Shown here piece by piece: positions 1 to 8,972 of a DNA stretch of 41,771 nt (the first letter of the stretch is position 1; each line of letters begins with the position of its first letter). The notes below the pieces were generated by a model that did not search any database, was not told the origin of the DNA, and worked only from the letters and a program-made list of their open reading frames with translations. Both the position numbers and the translations under genes were made by a program. This DNA comes from Clostridia bacterium (GTDB lineage: Bacteria; Bacillota; Clostridia; UMGS1883), in assembly GCA_021202495.1 (NCBI GenBank), contig JAJQCX010000129.1:492-42262 (forward strand), in the 5' to 3' direction.

Positions 1-3000
1 GCTTGGGAGATTGAGACGCCGGAGGATTGGGTGAACGACCCTTTTAACACGGGCGATGCGAGCTATGACGGGTTTTACACAAAGTGCATCGAGGTTTACG
101 GAATACCGATATGCTCGACGGACGACGTGCCCGACGAGGCGCTTATTAAAGCGGCGGACGTGATTGAAATGCTCTTGGGGAAGATTGTGCGCGAATTTCC
201 CGAGATAATGAACAAAATGGTTGAAAACGGGGTTTCGATTATCATAATCGGCGAGCATGAGACGAACGCGGAGCATCCTTCGTGGAATGGCTGGGAGGAT
301 GAGACGGAGCGGCGCGGCGGAGGCGGCGTTGTGACGACTGTGTTGGTTGAGGATTTGATTGTGCCGGAGGAGGACACGTGGAGGAAGACCTTTGCGGGGC
401 TTGTGCATGAGGCGACGCACACGATATTGACATACGGAATAGGCGATGCGCAAGGAATAGGGGCGCGGAGCGATTATTACGAGAGAATTTTGGCGGCGTA
501 TGAAAACGCGGTCGCAAAGGGAATGTACCCTTCGCCGAACGAATACGACGCTTCGAATTACCATGAATATTTTGCGGGAGAGGTTGGGCGCTTTTTTAAC
601 GGCAGCCCGACGGATTTGCCCGTTGAGGGCGCGGAGAGCTTAACCGACCGCGAGCAGCTTGAAATTTACGATCCCGAAATTTATGAAATTATTGAGGAGC
701 TTTTTGACAAGTGCGATTTGCCCTACCCGTGGGGGAACGGAACGGGCATCGAAGAGGACGATTCAATCGTTATCGAAAACGATGATTTGCGGCTTGAAGT
801 GGGCGATTTGGGTGAGATTACGTCGCTTAAAATAAAGAGCGAGGAAAATGAGGATTTTAAAAACACGGAATATGTTTTGAACGCGAAAAACGCGTCCGCG
901 CAGGGAATGGACGACGAGCAGCATTGGATGGGCGAGGTTGTCATTTCGTCCGTGCGGGGAAGTGAAGTGAATGAGCTTTACACATCGGAATGCGAAAGGG
1001 TGATTGAGCAGGACGGAAACACCGTGAGCGTGACATATAACGAGGGAGGACTTACCGTCACTGAACGCTACATTGCGGAAAAGAGCTCGATACGCTGGGA
1101 GATTGAGGTTGAAAATTCAGGCGAGGGCGATGTGACAATCCGCGATTTGGGGCTGCCGATGGCGTTTAACCAATGCTGGACGGCGAGCTACAGCGGAGAG
1201 GAGCTCTATGACACAAGATGTGTTTACCATTCGTTTGTGGGTGAGGATTCGAGCTACATATACGCGACGCGGCCGAGCGGGCAGGGGAAAATGCTGCTCT
1301 TTGCGCCGTGCGCGGAAACGGGGAGCGGATTTGAATACCGCGACCATTGGAGAGTGAACAACGGACACGAGGGCTCGGCTTGGGCGCAGGATCAGTCGGG
1401 CTACAGCTCGGGGCTCGATGTGTTTTACATACATTCGGACGCGATACAAAGCACGGGAAGCTCGTATTTGACTTCTACGTCGTTAAAGCTTAAAGAGGGC
1501 GAGAGCAAGCTTTACGCCTTTGAATTTACGGCGGTTGAGGACGAGGAGGATTTGAGAAGCACGCTTTACGAAAAGGGGCTTGTCGACGCGCAGGCGGTGC
1601 CGTCGATGGCGGTGGCGCTCGATATGCCGACGGCGTTTTATCTGCATGCGAACGAGGACGTTGAAATAACGGGAGTTGAGGTAAAATGCGTGCATGAAAC
1701 GGGACTTTATTCTTCGCAGGAAAACATGGTCAACAACAACCTTGAATGTGAAGGAAAGGGCGAGGTAAGCTTTCGCGAAAAGGTGGTTTACAACGGAGAA
1801 AATTACTACGTTTATGATTTGCGGATGAAGTGCTTGGGGGTAAATCATGTTTACGTGAATTACACATACAAGGGCGAAGAGCGGGAAACGGTGCTGCAGT
1901 TTTACGCAATGGAATCCATCGGCGACGCGTTGGAGCGGCGAAGCGCGTTTTTGGTTGAGCATCAGACGGATACGCTGGGGGAAGTCGGCGACAAGACGTT
2001 TGACGACTGGATGATGGACGAAAAGGCAAACCGCGCGGACACGGTTGACGGCTATTGGGAAATGAGCTATTGGGGCTACGGCGACGACTGGGGACTGACG
2101 CACGGCACGTTTTTGGCGAAAAAAAACGTATATGCGCCGGTGAAAGAGGAAATCGAGGCGGTTGACGAATATCTCGACGTGGCGATATGGAACACGCTTA
2201 TGCGTGAGCATCAAGAGGATTATTTGATACACGACTTTTTGTCCGAAGAGCCGAATTTGTCGCCGACGTACAGGGGATATGCTTATCCGCACATTTACAA
2301 CACATATTTTGCGATGTATGAAATATCGCGGCTCTATCCGGATATGATTGAATACAAGGAGACGAGCGGGGAATATCTTTTGCGGGCGCATAATATACTT
2401 ATGGCGCTTTATTCGGATTCCGTCGCATACAACTGGGCGACGGGGCTGATGGGCGAAATTTCGACGCCGGAGATAATCGAGGCGCTTGAAAACGAGGGAT
2501 TTTCCGAGGAAGCGGAAAATGTGAAGGAAATTATGGCGGCAAAGTATGATAATTTTAAGAATACAAAATATCCGTATGGGAGTGAATATTTATACGACAA
2601 CACGGGCGAAGAGGCAGTTTACACTCTCGCGAAGATGAACGGCAATGAGGAAATGATGTATAAGATTGACCTCAAGACGCGGGCGTGCAGAGGAGTGCAG
2701 CCGGTGTGGTATTTTTACGCGAACCCCGTGACGATATGCGGGGAAAATTGGTGGAATTTTCAATACACGGCGTCGCTTGCGGGATATTGCATGGACGATT
2801 ATCTAAGGAACGTGAGCGATGCGAGCGGCGAGGAAAAGGCGATTGCGGAAAGAGTGAATTACGCGGCGAAGCTGGCGAATTTCACGTGCATAAATTCGGG
2901 GCAGATTGACGCGGACGAGGAAAACATCGGTACGGTTTCATGGACGTATCAGTCGGAGCTCGGAAACAGCGGCGGACAGGGCACGGGCGGCGGAAAGCTC

Positions 3001-4692
3001 CACAACGGATGGCGGCAGATGTCGGGCGAGGCTGATTTGGGCTTGTACGGCGCAATGTGCATTGCGTCAAGCGACGTGGCGATTGACCCCGTGTTCGGGC
3101 TTGTGGGCTACGGCTGCGAGGTTGAGGATTTGGGAAAGAGCTACGCTATTGTGCCGAAGGACGGCGTTTTTACGCGGCTCAATCTGATAAACGAGGGGCT
3201 TTCGATTGAGCTTTACGGCGCGACATACAGCGAGGCGGAAACGGCGAAAAACAAGAGCGAGATAAAAATGACGCTTGAAACCGAGGCGGATTTTGTGAAG
3301 GTGACGGTGAGCGGGCTTGACGCGGATGAAAAATACGCCCTCTATGAGGACGGGCGCATAAAGGCGACGGCAACGGGAGAGACGGCGGTATTTACCTATA
3401 AGCCGACAAAGGACACCGCGACGGTCGTCATTGCAAAAGCGCCGCACGCGGTTGACATTGAGCCGTATAAGCCTGCGGCGATTGAGGTGAACGAAACCGA
3501 ACGCGGCGTTTTGAGCGGAGCGGTTGAAGGCTTTGACGGAGAAAACGCATGGATTGTCGGCGGCGAGGCTGAAGGCGGATATTTCACATATGACGGGACG
3601 GTTAAAAGCTATGTGAGACTGTCGAACGCTTTGACGAACGGTGTTGAGGATTTTACGCTGAAATTTGAGATTGAGCTTGAAGGCGAGCAGAAAGAGGACG
3701 TGAGGCTGTTTGAATTTTCGGACATGAACGAGCGCAGTCTTTCGGCGCAGCTTGCGGCGGAGAGGGAGGTTATAGTTAAAATCGACGGCACGGAATATGA
3801 AAGCGGCATATGCTTGCCGGAAAATTTTGCGGGCGAGATAGCCATGGTGCAAAAGGGCGGAAACATGACGCTTTACTGTGCGAGTGAGAAAATTATTGAA
3901 CTTGAGACGGATTTTAAACTTTCCGAGATGGGCGAGGTGCAGCGCAATTACATCGGGCGCGGGTCGGACGAGAGTTTCGGCGCAATTTGCGGCACGGTCG
4001 GCGGATTTTACTTTAACATCGAAGCGGAAGAGATTGAAACGCGCGAAAGCGACGCTTACGCGGTCAGTGTGGAGGAGGTTGTCGCGGACGCGGAGCATTC
4101 TCTGCCCGATGTTGTGAAGGTGACGTATTCGGACGGTTTTGTGCGCATGGCGGAGGTTACATGGGGAGAAGAGAGCGACGGAGTTGTTAAAGGCTATGTC
4201 GGAGGATTGGAATTTTCCGCGAAGATGCGGAGCGTTGAGATAGGCGAAAATGTTGCCTCATCTGCAACAGTTGACGCGAGCTACTGCGCATCGTGGGAGA
4301 GCGTGGACGCGTTAAACGACGGAGTGTATACGCTCGAAACGTCCGCGCCGTCGAGCGATGAAATGCTGCGCTTCGGAACATGGACGCGCGATTCCGACGA
4401 GGAATGGATTTCCTACACATGGGATGAGGAAAAGACAATCTGCGCAATCGGGCTCGTTTTCTTTGACGACGGCGGAGGAACGCGCGCGCCGAAATCGTAC
4501 AAAGTTCAGTATTTAAACGAGGCGGGAGAATGGGAGGATGTTACGCTTCCGCTCGGCACCGAAAGCGTTTTGAACAAGATGAACGTGACGACGTTTGAAG
4601 CCGTGACGACAAGGGCAATTCGCGTTGTGATGGATAAAGGCGAGTATGCGGGCGTCGGAGTGCTCGAATGGGAGGTTTATTTAACACAATAG
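1..4692 (+). CDS. Large secreted multidomain protein, 5'-partial. It has an N-terminal HExxH metallopeptidase-like domain, a long uncharacterised central region, a LamG/concanavalin-like segment, a Big_4-like Ig repeat and a C-terminal F5/8 type C (discoidin) carbohydrate-binding domain.
   Basis: The track ORF is 31..4692 (1553 aa), but the same frame is open from base 1 (gct tgg gag ...), so the true N-terminus lies upstream of the window. HEATH is encoded at 406-420 and is followed by HEYFAGE, a possible third metal ligand. VKVTYSDGFVRMAEVTWGEE is Big_4-like. The last roughly 140 aa (WISYTWDEEKTICAIGLVFFDD...VLEWEVY) are discoidin-like. TAG stop at 4690-4692. Confidence 0.8.
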   Translation, partial: AWEIETPEDWVNDPFNTGDASYDGFYTKCIEVYGIPICSTDDVPDEALIKAADVIEMLLGKIVREFPEIMNKMVENGVSIIIIGEHETNAEHPSWNGWEDETERRGGGGVVTTVLVEDLIVPEEDTWRKTFAGLVHEATHTILTYGIGDAQGIGARSDYYERILAAYENAVAKGMYPSPNEYDASNYHEYFAGEVGRFFNGSPTDLPVEGAESLTDREQLEIYDPEIYEIIEELFDKCDLPYPWGNGTGIEEDDSIVIENDDLRLEVGDLGEITSLKIKSEENEDFKNTEYVLNAKNASAQGMDDEQHWMGEVVISSVRGSEVNELYTSECERVIEQDGNTVSVTYNEGGLTVTERYIAEKSSIRWEIEVENSGEGDVTIRDLGLPMAFNQCWTASYSGEELYDTRCVYHSFVGEDSSYIYATRPSGQGKMLLFAPCAETGSGFEYRDHWRVNNGHEGSAWAQDQSGYSSGLDVFYIHSDAIQSTGSSYLTSTSLKLKEGESKLYAFEFTAVEDEEDLRSTLYEKGLVDAQAVPSMAVALDMPTAFYLHANEDVEITGVEVKCVHETGLYSSQENMVNNNLECEGKGEVSFREKVVYNGENYYVYDLRMKCLGVNHVYVNYTYKGEERETVLQFYAMESIGDALERRSAFLVEHQTDTLGEVGDKTFDDWMMDEKANRADTVDGYWEMSYWGYGDDWGLTHGTFLAKKNVYAPVKEEIEAVDEYLDVAIWNTLMREHQEDYLIHDFLSEEPNLSPTYRGYAYPHIYNTYFAMYEISRLYPDMIEYKETSGEYLLRAHNILMALYSDSVAYNWATGLMGEISTPEIIEALENEGFSEEAENVKEIMAAKYDNFKNTKYPYGSEYLYDNTGEEAVYTLAKMNGNEEMMYKIDLKTRACRGVQPVWYFYANPVTICGENWWNFQYTASLAGYCMDDYLRNVSDASGEEKAIAERVNYAAKLANFTCINSGQIDADEENIGTVSWTYQSELGNSGGQGTGGGKLHNGWRQMSGEADLGLYGAMCIASSDVAIDPVFGLVGYGCEVEDLGKSYAIVPKDGVFTRLNLINEGLSIELYGATYSEAETAKNKSEIKMTLETEADFVKVTVSGLDADEKYALYEDGRIKATATGETAVFTYKPTKDTATVVIAKAPHAVDIEPYKPAAIEVNETERGVLSGAVEGFDGENAWIVGGEAEGGYFTYDGTVKSYVRLSNALTNGVEDFTLKFEIELEGEQKEDVRLFEFSDMNERSLSAQLAAEREVIVKIDGTEYESGICLPENFAGEIAMVQKGGNMTLYCASEKIIELETDFKLSEMGEVQRNYIGRGSDESFGAICGTVGGFYFNIEAEEIETRESDAYAVSVEEVVADAEHSLPDVVKVTYSDGFVRMAEVTWGEESDGVVKGYVGGLEFSAKMRSVEIGENVASSATVDASYCASWESVDALNDGVYTLETSAPSSDEMLRFGTWTRDSDEEWISYTWDEEKTICAIGLVFFDDGGGTRAPKSYKVQYLNEAGEWEDVTLPLGTESVLNKMNVTTFEAVTTRAIRVVMDKGEYAGVGVLEWEVYLTQ

Positions 4693-4768
4693 ACAAAAAA
4701 TCGAAATGTTTTAGTTATGTTCGCATGATATGATAGGCAAAAATTTTCGTGAGGCAGGGGAATATGAT

Positions 4769-5389
4769 ATGAACCGGAGCGATTTGGAATTTTACGGAGA
4801 ATATGTGTCGGCGCTTGAAATGGCGGAAACAATTATGTTAAATGAGCTTTCGCGGATTATGGCGTCGCTTACGGGCACGGAGCGCAAGTGTCCCGCGGAG
4901 CACGTTTTGAGCAGGATAAAGAGTGCGGAGAGCATGAAGGAAAAGCTTGAGAGGCAGAGATATGAGCCAAACGTTGAAAACGCGATGGCTGTGATGACGG
5001 ACGCCGTGGGCGTGAGAGTGGTGACGCATTTTATCGGCGACGTGTACGCGGTGAAAAAGGGGATAACGCGCTCCGACAAATGGAGCGTTGAGACGGTGAA
5101 GGATTACATTGCTTTTCCGAAGAAAAACGGCTACAGAAGTCTGCACATGATTGTGAAAATACCTATCGGCATGGAGAACTGCGATTTTATACGCGCGGAA
5201 ATACAGCTCAGGACAATCGCGATGGACTGTTGGGCAAGTTTAGAGCACACGATGAAATACAAAAAGGACGTGAAAAACGCGGAGCTCATTGTTTCGGAGC
5301 TTTTGCGCTGTGCGGAGGAGATGGCGTCGACAGATTTGTCGATGCAGACGATGCGCGAGATGATTAATTCGGAAGATGGTGAAGAATGA
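4769..5389 (+). CDS. Small alarmone synthetase, (p)ppGpp synthetase with a RelA/SpoT synthetase domain only (RelP/RelQ-like GTP pyrophosphokinase).
   Basis: Motifs YRSLHMIV and EIQLRTIAMDCWASLEH are typical of the RelA/SpoT synthetase fold, and the size of about 205 aa fits a single-domain SAS. The track ORF starts at 4730, but ATG 4769 follows a GAGGCAGGGG Shine-Dalgarno (4751-4760). The stop overlaps the next gene (ATGA at 5386). Confidence 0.88.
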   Translation: MNRSDLEFYGEYVSALEMAETIMLNELSRIMASLTGTERKCPAEHVLSRIKSAESMKEKLERQRYEPNVENAMAVMTDAVGVRVVTHFIGDVYAVKKGITRSDKWSVETVKDYIAFPKKNGYRSLHMIVKIPIGMENCDFIRAEIQLRTIAMDCWASLEHTMKYKKDVKNAELIVSELLRCAEEMASTDLSMQTMREMINSEDGEE

Positions 5390-6057
5390 TGAGAATTTTA
5401 TATGCCGAGGATGAAAAACAGCTTTCGATGGCGATTGCGGAAATTTTGAAAATGGAGCATTACGAGGTTGACATCGTTTATGACGGGGAAGAGGCGTTGG
5501 AGCATTTGAAAACGGGGATATATGACGCGGCGGTGCTTGACATTATGATGCCCAAAGCGGACGGAATCGAGGTTTTGCGGCAGATGCGCGCGAGAAACGA
5601 CTTCACGCCGACGCTTCTTTTGACGGCGAAGGCTGAGACGGAGGATAGGATAAACGGGCTTTCTGTCGGGGCTGACGATTATTTGGGAAAGCCGTTTGCA
5701 GCGGGAGAGCTTTTGGCAAGGCTCGCGGCGCTGATACGCCGCTCGGCGGATTACAGAGTAAAGACGCTGACGGCGGAAAACATTGTGCTCGACTGTGAGA
5801 CGAATGAATTATGTTCGGACGTGGGAAGTCTGCGCTTGAGCAGCAAGGAGGCGCAGCTTTTGGCGCTCTTTCTGCAAAACAGAGAGGTAAAACTTTCGGC
5901 GGCGGAGCTTGGAGCGCGCCTTTGGAAGGACGGGGGCGAAAGAGGCGCGGCGGAATTATACGTTTCGTATTTGCAGCACAAGCTAAAGCAGCTCGGATCT
6001 AAAGTAAACATCATTAAAAATGCGGAAAATAAGTATTATATAGGTGAAGTGAAATGA
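5386..6057 (+). CDS. OmpR/PhoB-family response regulator (receiver plus winged-helix).
   Basis: The receiver shows MRILYAEDE...DAAVLDIMMPKADG...LLLTAK. The C-terminal trans_reg_C-like region shows LSSKEAQLLALFLQN...YVSYLQHKL. The start overlaps the SAS stop and the stop overlaps ATG 6054 of the kinase. Confidence 0.93.
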   Translation: MMRILYAEDEKQLSMAIAEILKMEHYEVDIVYDGEEALEHLKTGIYDAAVLDIMMPKADGIEVLRQMRARNDFTPTLLLTAKAETEDRINGLSVGADDYLGKPFAAGELLARLAALIRRSADYRVKTLTAENIVLDCETNELCSDVGSLRLSSKEAQLLALFLQNREVKLSAAELGARLWKDGGERGAAELYVSYLQHKLKQLGSKVNIIKNAENKYYIGEVK

Positions 6058-7325
6058 AAAAACTGCGGTTAAAGCTCGTCTTAATTGTCGCGGCGTCGCT
6101 GGCGGCGGTCTTTTAGGTGATGATGGCGGTGCTCTACTTGGCGATGGGGTTTTACACCACAATGCAGGCGGACGGAATGACAAGCTTAATCAGCGAAAAC
6201 AACGGAATGCTGCCGACATACAGACCCGACCGCGAATTTGCCGAAAATTTGCCGCCGGGCATAAATTTTAATGCGGAATCGGAATACCGCACGAGATATT
6301 TCATCGTTTTTATAAACGATGACGCGGAGCTTAACAGCGTCAATTTGGAGCATATTGCTGCGGTGAGCGGGGAGGAAGCCTTTGAAATGGCGCAAAAGGC
6401 GCTCGCAAAGGAGAGCGAAACGGGCTACATCGGGCATTACAGATTTCTCGTGACGGACAGCATGGTGATTTTCCTTGACTGCAGCGATTCAAATACGACA
6501 AGAAACATGGTGCTTGTGATATTCGTCTTGGCGGCGCTTGCGATAATGACTGTTGTGACGATTATTTTCATGGCGCTCTCAAAAAAGACGGTGGAGCCCT
6601 TTGAGGAAAATTCGCGAAGACAGAAGCAGTTTATCACCGACGCGAGCCACGAATTAAAGACGCCGCTCGCAATTATTTCGGCTAACGCGGAGGTTTTGCA
6701 ATATAAGAGCGGGGAAAACGAGTGGACGAAAAACATTGTCGAGCAGACAAAGCGCATGAGCAAGCTTATCGGCGATTTGATGAAGCTCTCAAAGACGGAG
6801 TAAATTGGCGATTTTTTTTCCGAGATGATTGATTTTTCGGAGATTGCGGAAAAGACCGCCGGCGAATTTGCGGAGGTTGCCGAGAGAAAGAATGTGGCAT
6901 TTAAGACGTCGTTTGCGCCGGATGCAATCGTCATGGGAAGCCGCGAGCAGCTCGCAAGGCTCGTCTCGGTTTTGACGGAAAACGCTTCAAAATATGTTTC
7001 AAACGGCGGCGAGATTGACATAAGGCTTGAAAAGACGAGCAAAAACGCGGTGTTTACGATATATAACACCGCGGAGATAAAAAAGGACATCGACTGTGCG
7101 CGGCTTTTTGACCGCTTTTACAGGGCGGACAATTCACATTCGTCGGAAACCGGCGGGCACGGTATCGGGCTTTCGATAGCGGCAAAGATTGCCACGCAGC
7201 ACGGCGGCACGCTTTCGGCAAAGCAGGTGAAGGACGGGATTATTTTTACCGCGTCGCTGCCGCTGGCGGCAAAGGCGAAAAAAACTTCGGTCGGAGGTGA
7301 AGAAAATGCCCGAAATAAACACTGA
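6054..7325 (+). pseudogene. Sensor histidine kinase (HisKA plus HATPase_c, two TM helices) interrupted by two in-frame stop codons, TAG 6114-6116 and TAA 6801-6803.
   Basis: One reading frame runs throughout (6054, 6117 and 6825 are all the same phase). The order is MKKLRLKLVLIVAASLAAVF, TAG, VMMAVLYLAMGFY..., TM2, H-box SHELKTPLAII, ...LSKTE, TAA, IGDFFSEMIDFSEI..., N-box ENASKY, G1 DRFYRAD, G2 GGHGIGLSIA, TGA 7323-7325. Confidence 0.8.
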
Positions 7326-7722
7326 ATATTTACAAAAATGCATTGACACGCTTGAACGCTCTTATCAAATGCTGAAAAGCGTCAAGGAAGATACGATTGA
7401 TTATGAATTGTACCGTAATTCGTTGGTGAAAAGCTTTGAAATAACGATCGAACAAAGCGGAAAGCTCTTAAAAAAGAAGATTACGCCGTATTTTTCTTCA
7501 AAAAGGGCTGTTGATATGCTTACCTTTAAGGATATTTTCCGCCATGCAAATAAGCACGAATTAATCGGCGATGAGGAAACGGAAAGATGGATGGAATACC
7601 GCGACAACCGCAATAGTACGGCGCACGATTATGGGCAGCAATTCGCCGAAGAAACGCTTGTTTTGATAGATACCTTTTTGACGGACGCAAAAAGGCTGAA
7701 AGAGGTAATTGACAATGCTTAA
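7306..7722 (+). CDS. HEPN-domain protein, HI0074-family 'nucleotidyltransferase substrate-binding protein' (toxin component of a HEPN/MNT module).
   Basis: The Rx4H HEPN motif RNSTAH is encoded at 7609-7626, and the protein is about 138 aa and helical. ATG 7306 is preceded by GGAGGTG (7293-7299), whereas the track start at 7297 is a GTG. The gene overlaps the tail of the kinase frame and the start of the MNT gene. Confidence 0.85.
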   Translation: MPEINTEYLQKCIDTLERSYQMLKSVKEDTIDYELYRNSLVKSFEITIEQSGKLLKKKITPYFSSKRAVDMLTFKDIFRHANKHELIGDEETERWMEYRDNRNSTAHDYGQQFAEETLVLIDTFLTDAKRLKEVIDNA

Positions 7723-8017
7723 TGTGAAGGAAAAGCATCTTGATATGTTAAAGAATATTTTTTCGGCATATTGCCCGAGAGCCGAAATTTGGGCATACGG
7801 AAGCAGGGTTGACGGTGATTCGCATGAGGGAAGCGACCTTGATTTGGCGGTTAAAAGCTTTAACGACGAGAATAAGTCAATCGGAGAATTGCGGGCGCGG
7901 CTCAACGACAGCAACATACCCTTTTTGATTGACATTTGCGAATTTGACAAGCTGCCGAAGAGTTTCCGGGATGAAATAGTTAAAAAATATGTTTCCGTTT
8001 TTCCCGAACAGGGATGA
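7715..8017 (+). CDS. Minimal nucleotidyltransferase (MNT), the antitoxin-type partner of the HEPN protein.
   Basis: GSRVDGDSHEGSDLDLAV matches the GS-x(n)-DxD pol-beta nucleotidyltransferase signature. ATG 7715 follows AGAGGT (7700-7705). There is an 8-nt overlap with the HEPN gene. Confidence 0.87.
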   Translation: MLNVKEKHLDMLKNIFSAYCPRAEIWAYGSRVDGDSHEGSDLDLAVKSFNDENKSIGELRARLNDSNIPFLIDICEFDKLPKSFRDEIVKKYVSVFPEQG

Positions 8018-8035
8018 AAGGCACAAACGGAGTTG

Positions 8036-8064
8036 TTGACAAAAAAACAAGGCAGTGTTATAAT
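8036..8064 (+). promoter_or_regulatory. Sigma-A type promoter for the nfnAB-like operon.
   Basis: TTGACA (8036-8041), a 17-nt spacer and TATAAT (8059-8064), with TGT immediately upstream (extended -10). Confidence 0.6.
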
Positions 8065-8128
8065 TAAAATGTCGTTTTATTGACTTAAATTTTCATTAAA
8101 ATACTATTCAATAGGGAGGATGAGATTG

Positions 8129-8971
8129 ATGTACAGGATTGTGAAAAAGGTGGCGCTTAATCCGACGGTTACACTGATGGACATTGAAGCGCCGTTTGTC
8201 GCAAGAAAGGCGAAGCCCGGACAGTTTATCATTTTGAGAGTCGACGAGGACGGCGAAAGAATACCATTGACAGTTGCGGATTTCGACCGTGAAAAGGGGA
8301 TTGTGACAATTATTTTTCAGATTGTCGGCGGAACGACCGAAAGGCTGAATCACAAAGAAGAGGGCGAATACATAGCCGATTTTGTGGGACCGCTCGGAAA
8401 GGCGACGAACGTTGAGGGAAAGAAAAAGGTTGCGGTTGTCGGCGGCGGTGTTGGCTGCGCGATTGCGTACCCGGTTGCAAAGGCTTTTGCCGAAAACGGA
8501 ACGATTGTTCACAGTGTGATCGGCTTCAGAACGAAGGATCTTGTTATTCTGGAAGACGAATTTAAAAAAGCGAGCGAAAGGCTCGTTATGATGACAGACG
8601 ACGGCAGCTACGGCGAAAAGGGCGTTGTGACGAACGCTTTGGAAATGCTCATTAAAGAGGGCAACGAATACGACGAGGTTGTCTGCATAGGACCTGTTAT
8701 AATGATGAAATTCGTGTGCAAGCTGACGAAAGAATACGGCATAAAGACGACGGTCAGCATGAACCCGATAATGATTGACGGCACGGGAATGTGTGGCGGC
8801 TGCCGTTTGACGGTTGGCGGCGAGACGAAATTCGCCTGTGTCGACGGGCCGGAGTTTGACGGTCATTTGGTTGATTTTGACGAGGCGATGAAGCGCGGCG
8901 CGACATACCGCGAATTTGAGGCTGCGGAGCGCGAAAAGGTTTGCAATTTGTTTAAGATGGAGGTCGAGTAA
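8129..8971 (+). CDS. nfnA: Sulfide/dihydroorotate dehydrogenase-like FAD/NAD-binding protein with a C-terminal [2Fe-2S] site (NfnA-like small subunit).
   Basis: MYRIVKKVALNPTVTLMDIEAP...GQFIILRVDEDGERIPLTVAD gives the FAD-binding barrel. The C-terminal cysteine cluster is CGGCRLTVGGETKFAC. The gene is paired with a GltD-like subunit. ATG 8129 lies 8 nt after GGGAGGA. Confidence 0.8.
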   Translation: MYRIVKKVALNPTVTLMDIEAPFVARKAKPGQFIILRVDEDGERIPLTVADFDREKGIVTIIFQIVGGTTERLNHKEEGEYIADFVGPLGKATNVEGKKKVAVVGGGVGCAIAYPVAKAFAENGTIVHSVIGFRTKDLVILEDEFKKASERLVMMTDDGSYGEKGVVTNALEMLIKEGNEYDEVVCIGPVIMMKFVCKLTKEYGIKTTVSMNPIMIDGTGMCGGCRLTVGGETKFACVDGPEFDGHLVDFDEAMKRGATYREFEAAEREKVCNLFKMEVE

Positions 8972-8972
8972 A

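Noticed and set aside
4769-5389. The SAS as a toxSAS toxin with the adjacent gene as its antitoxin.
   Set aside because: The downstream overlapping gene is a complete OmpR-type response regulator followed by its kinase, the relP-relRS-like layout. No small antitoxin-like ORF is present. This cannot be excluded without phylogeny.
6114-6803. Stop-codon reassignment (TAG or TAA read as sense) as an explanation for the interrupted kinase.
   Set aside because: Neighbouring genes terminate at the expected protein ends on TAG (4690), TAA (8969, 21820) and TGA. Two different stop codons would both need reassigning. Nonsense mutation or sequence error is more parsimonious.
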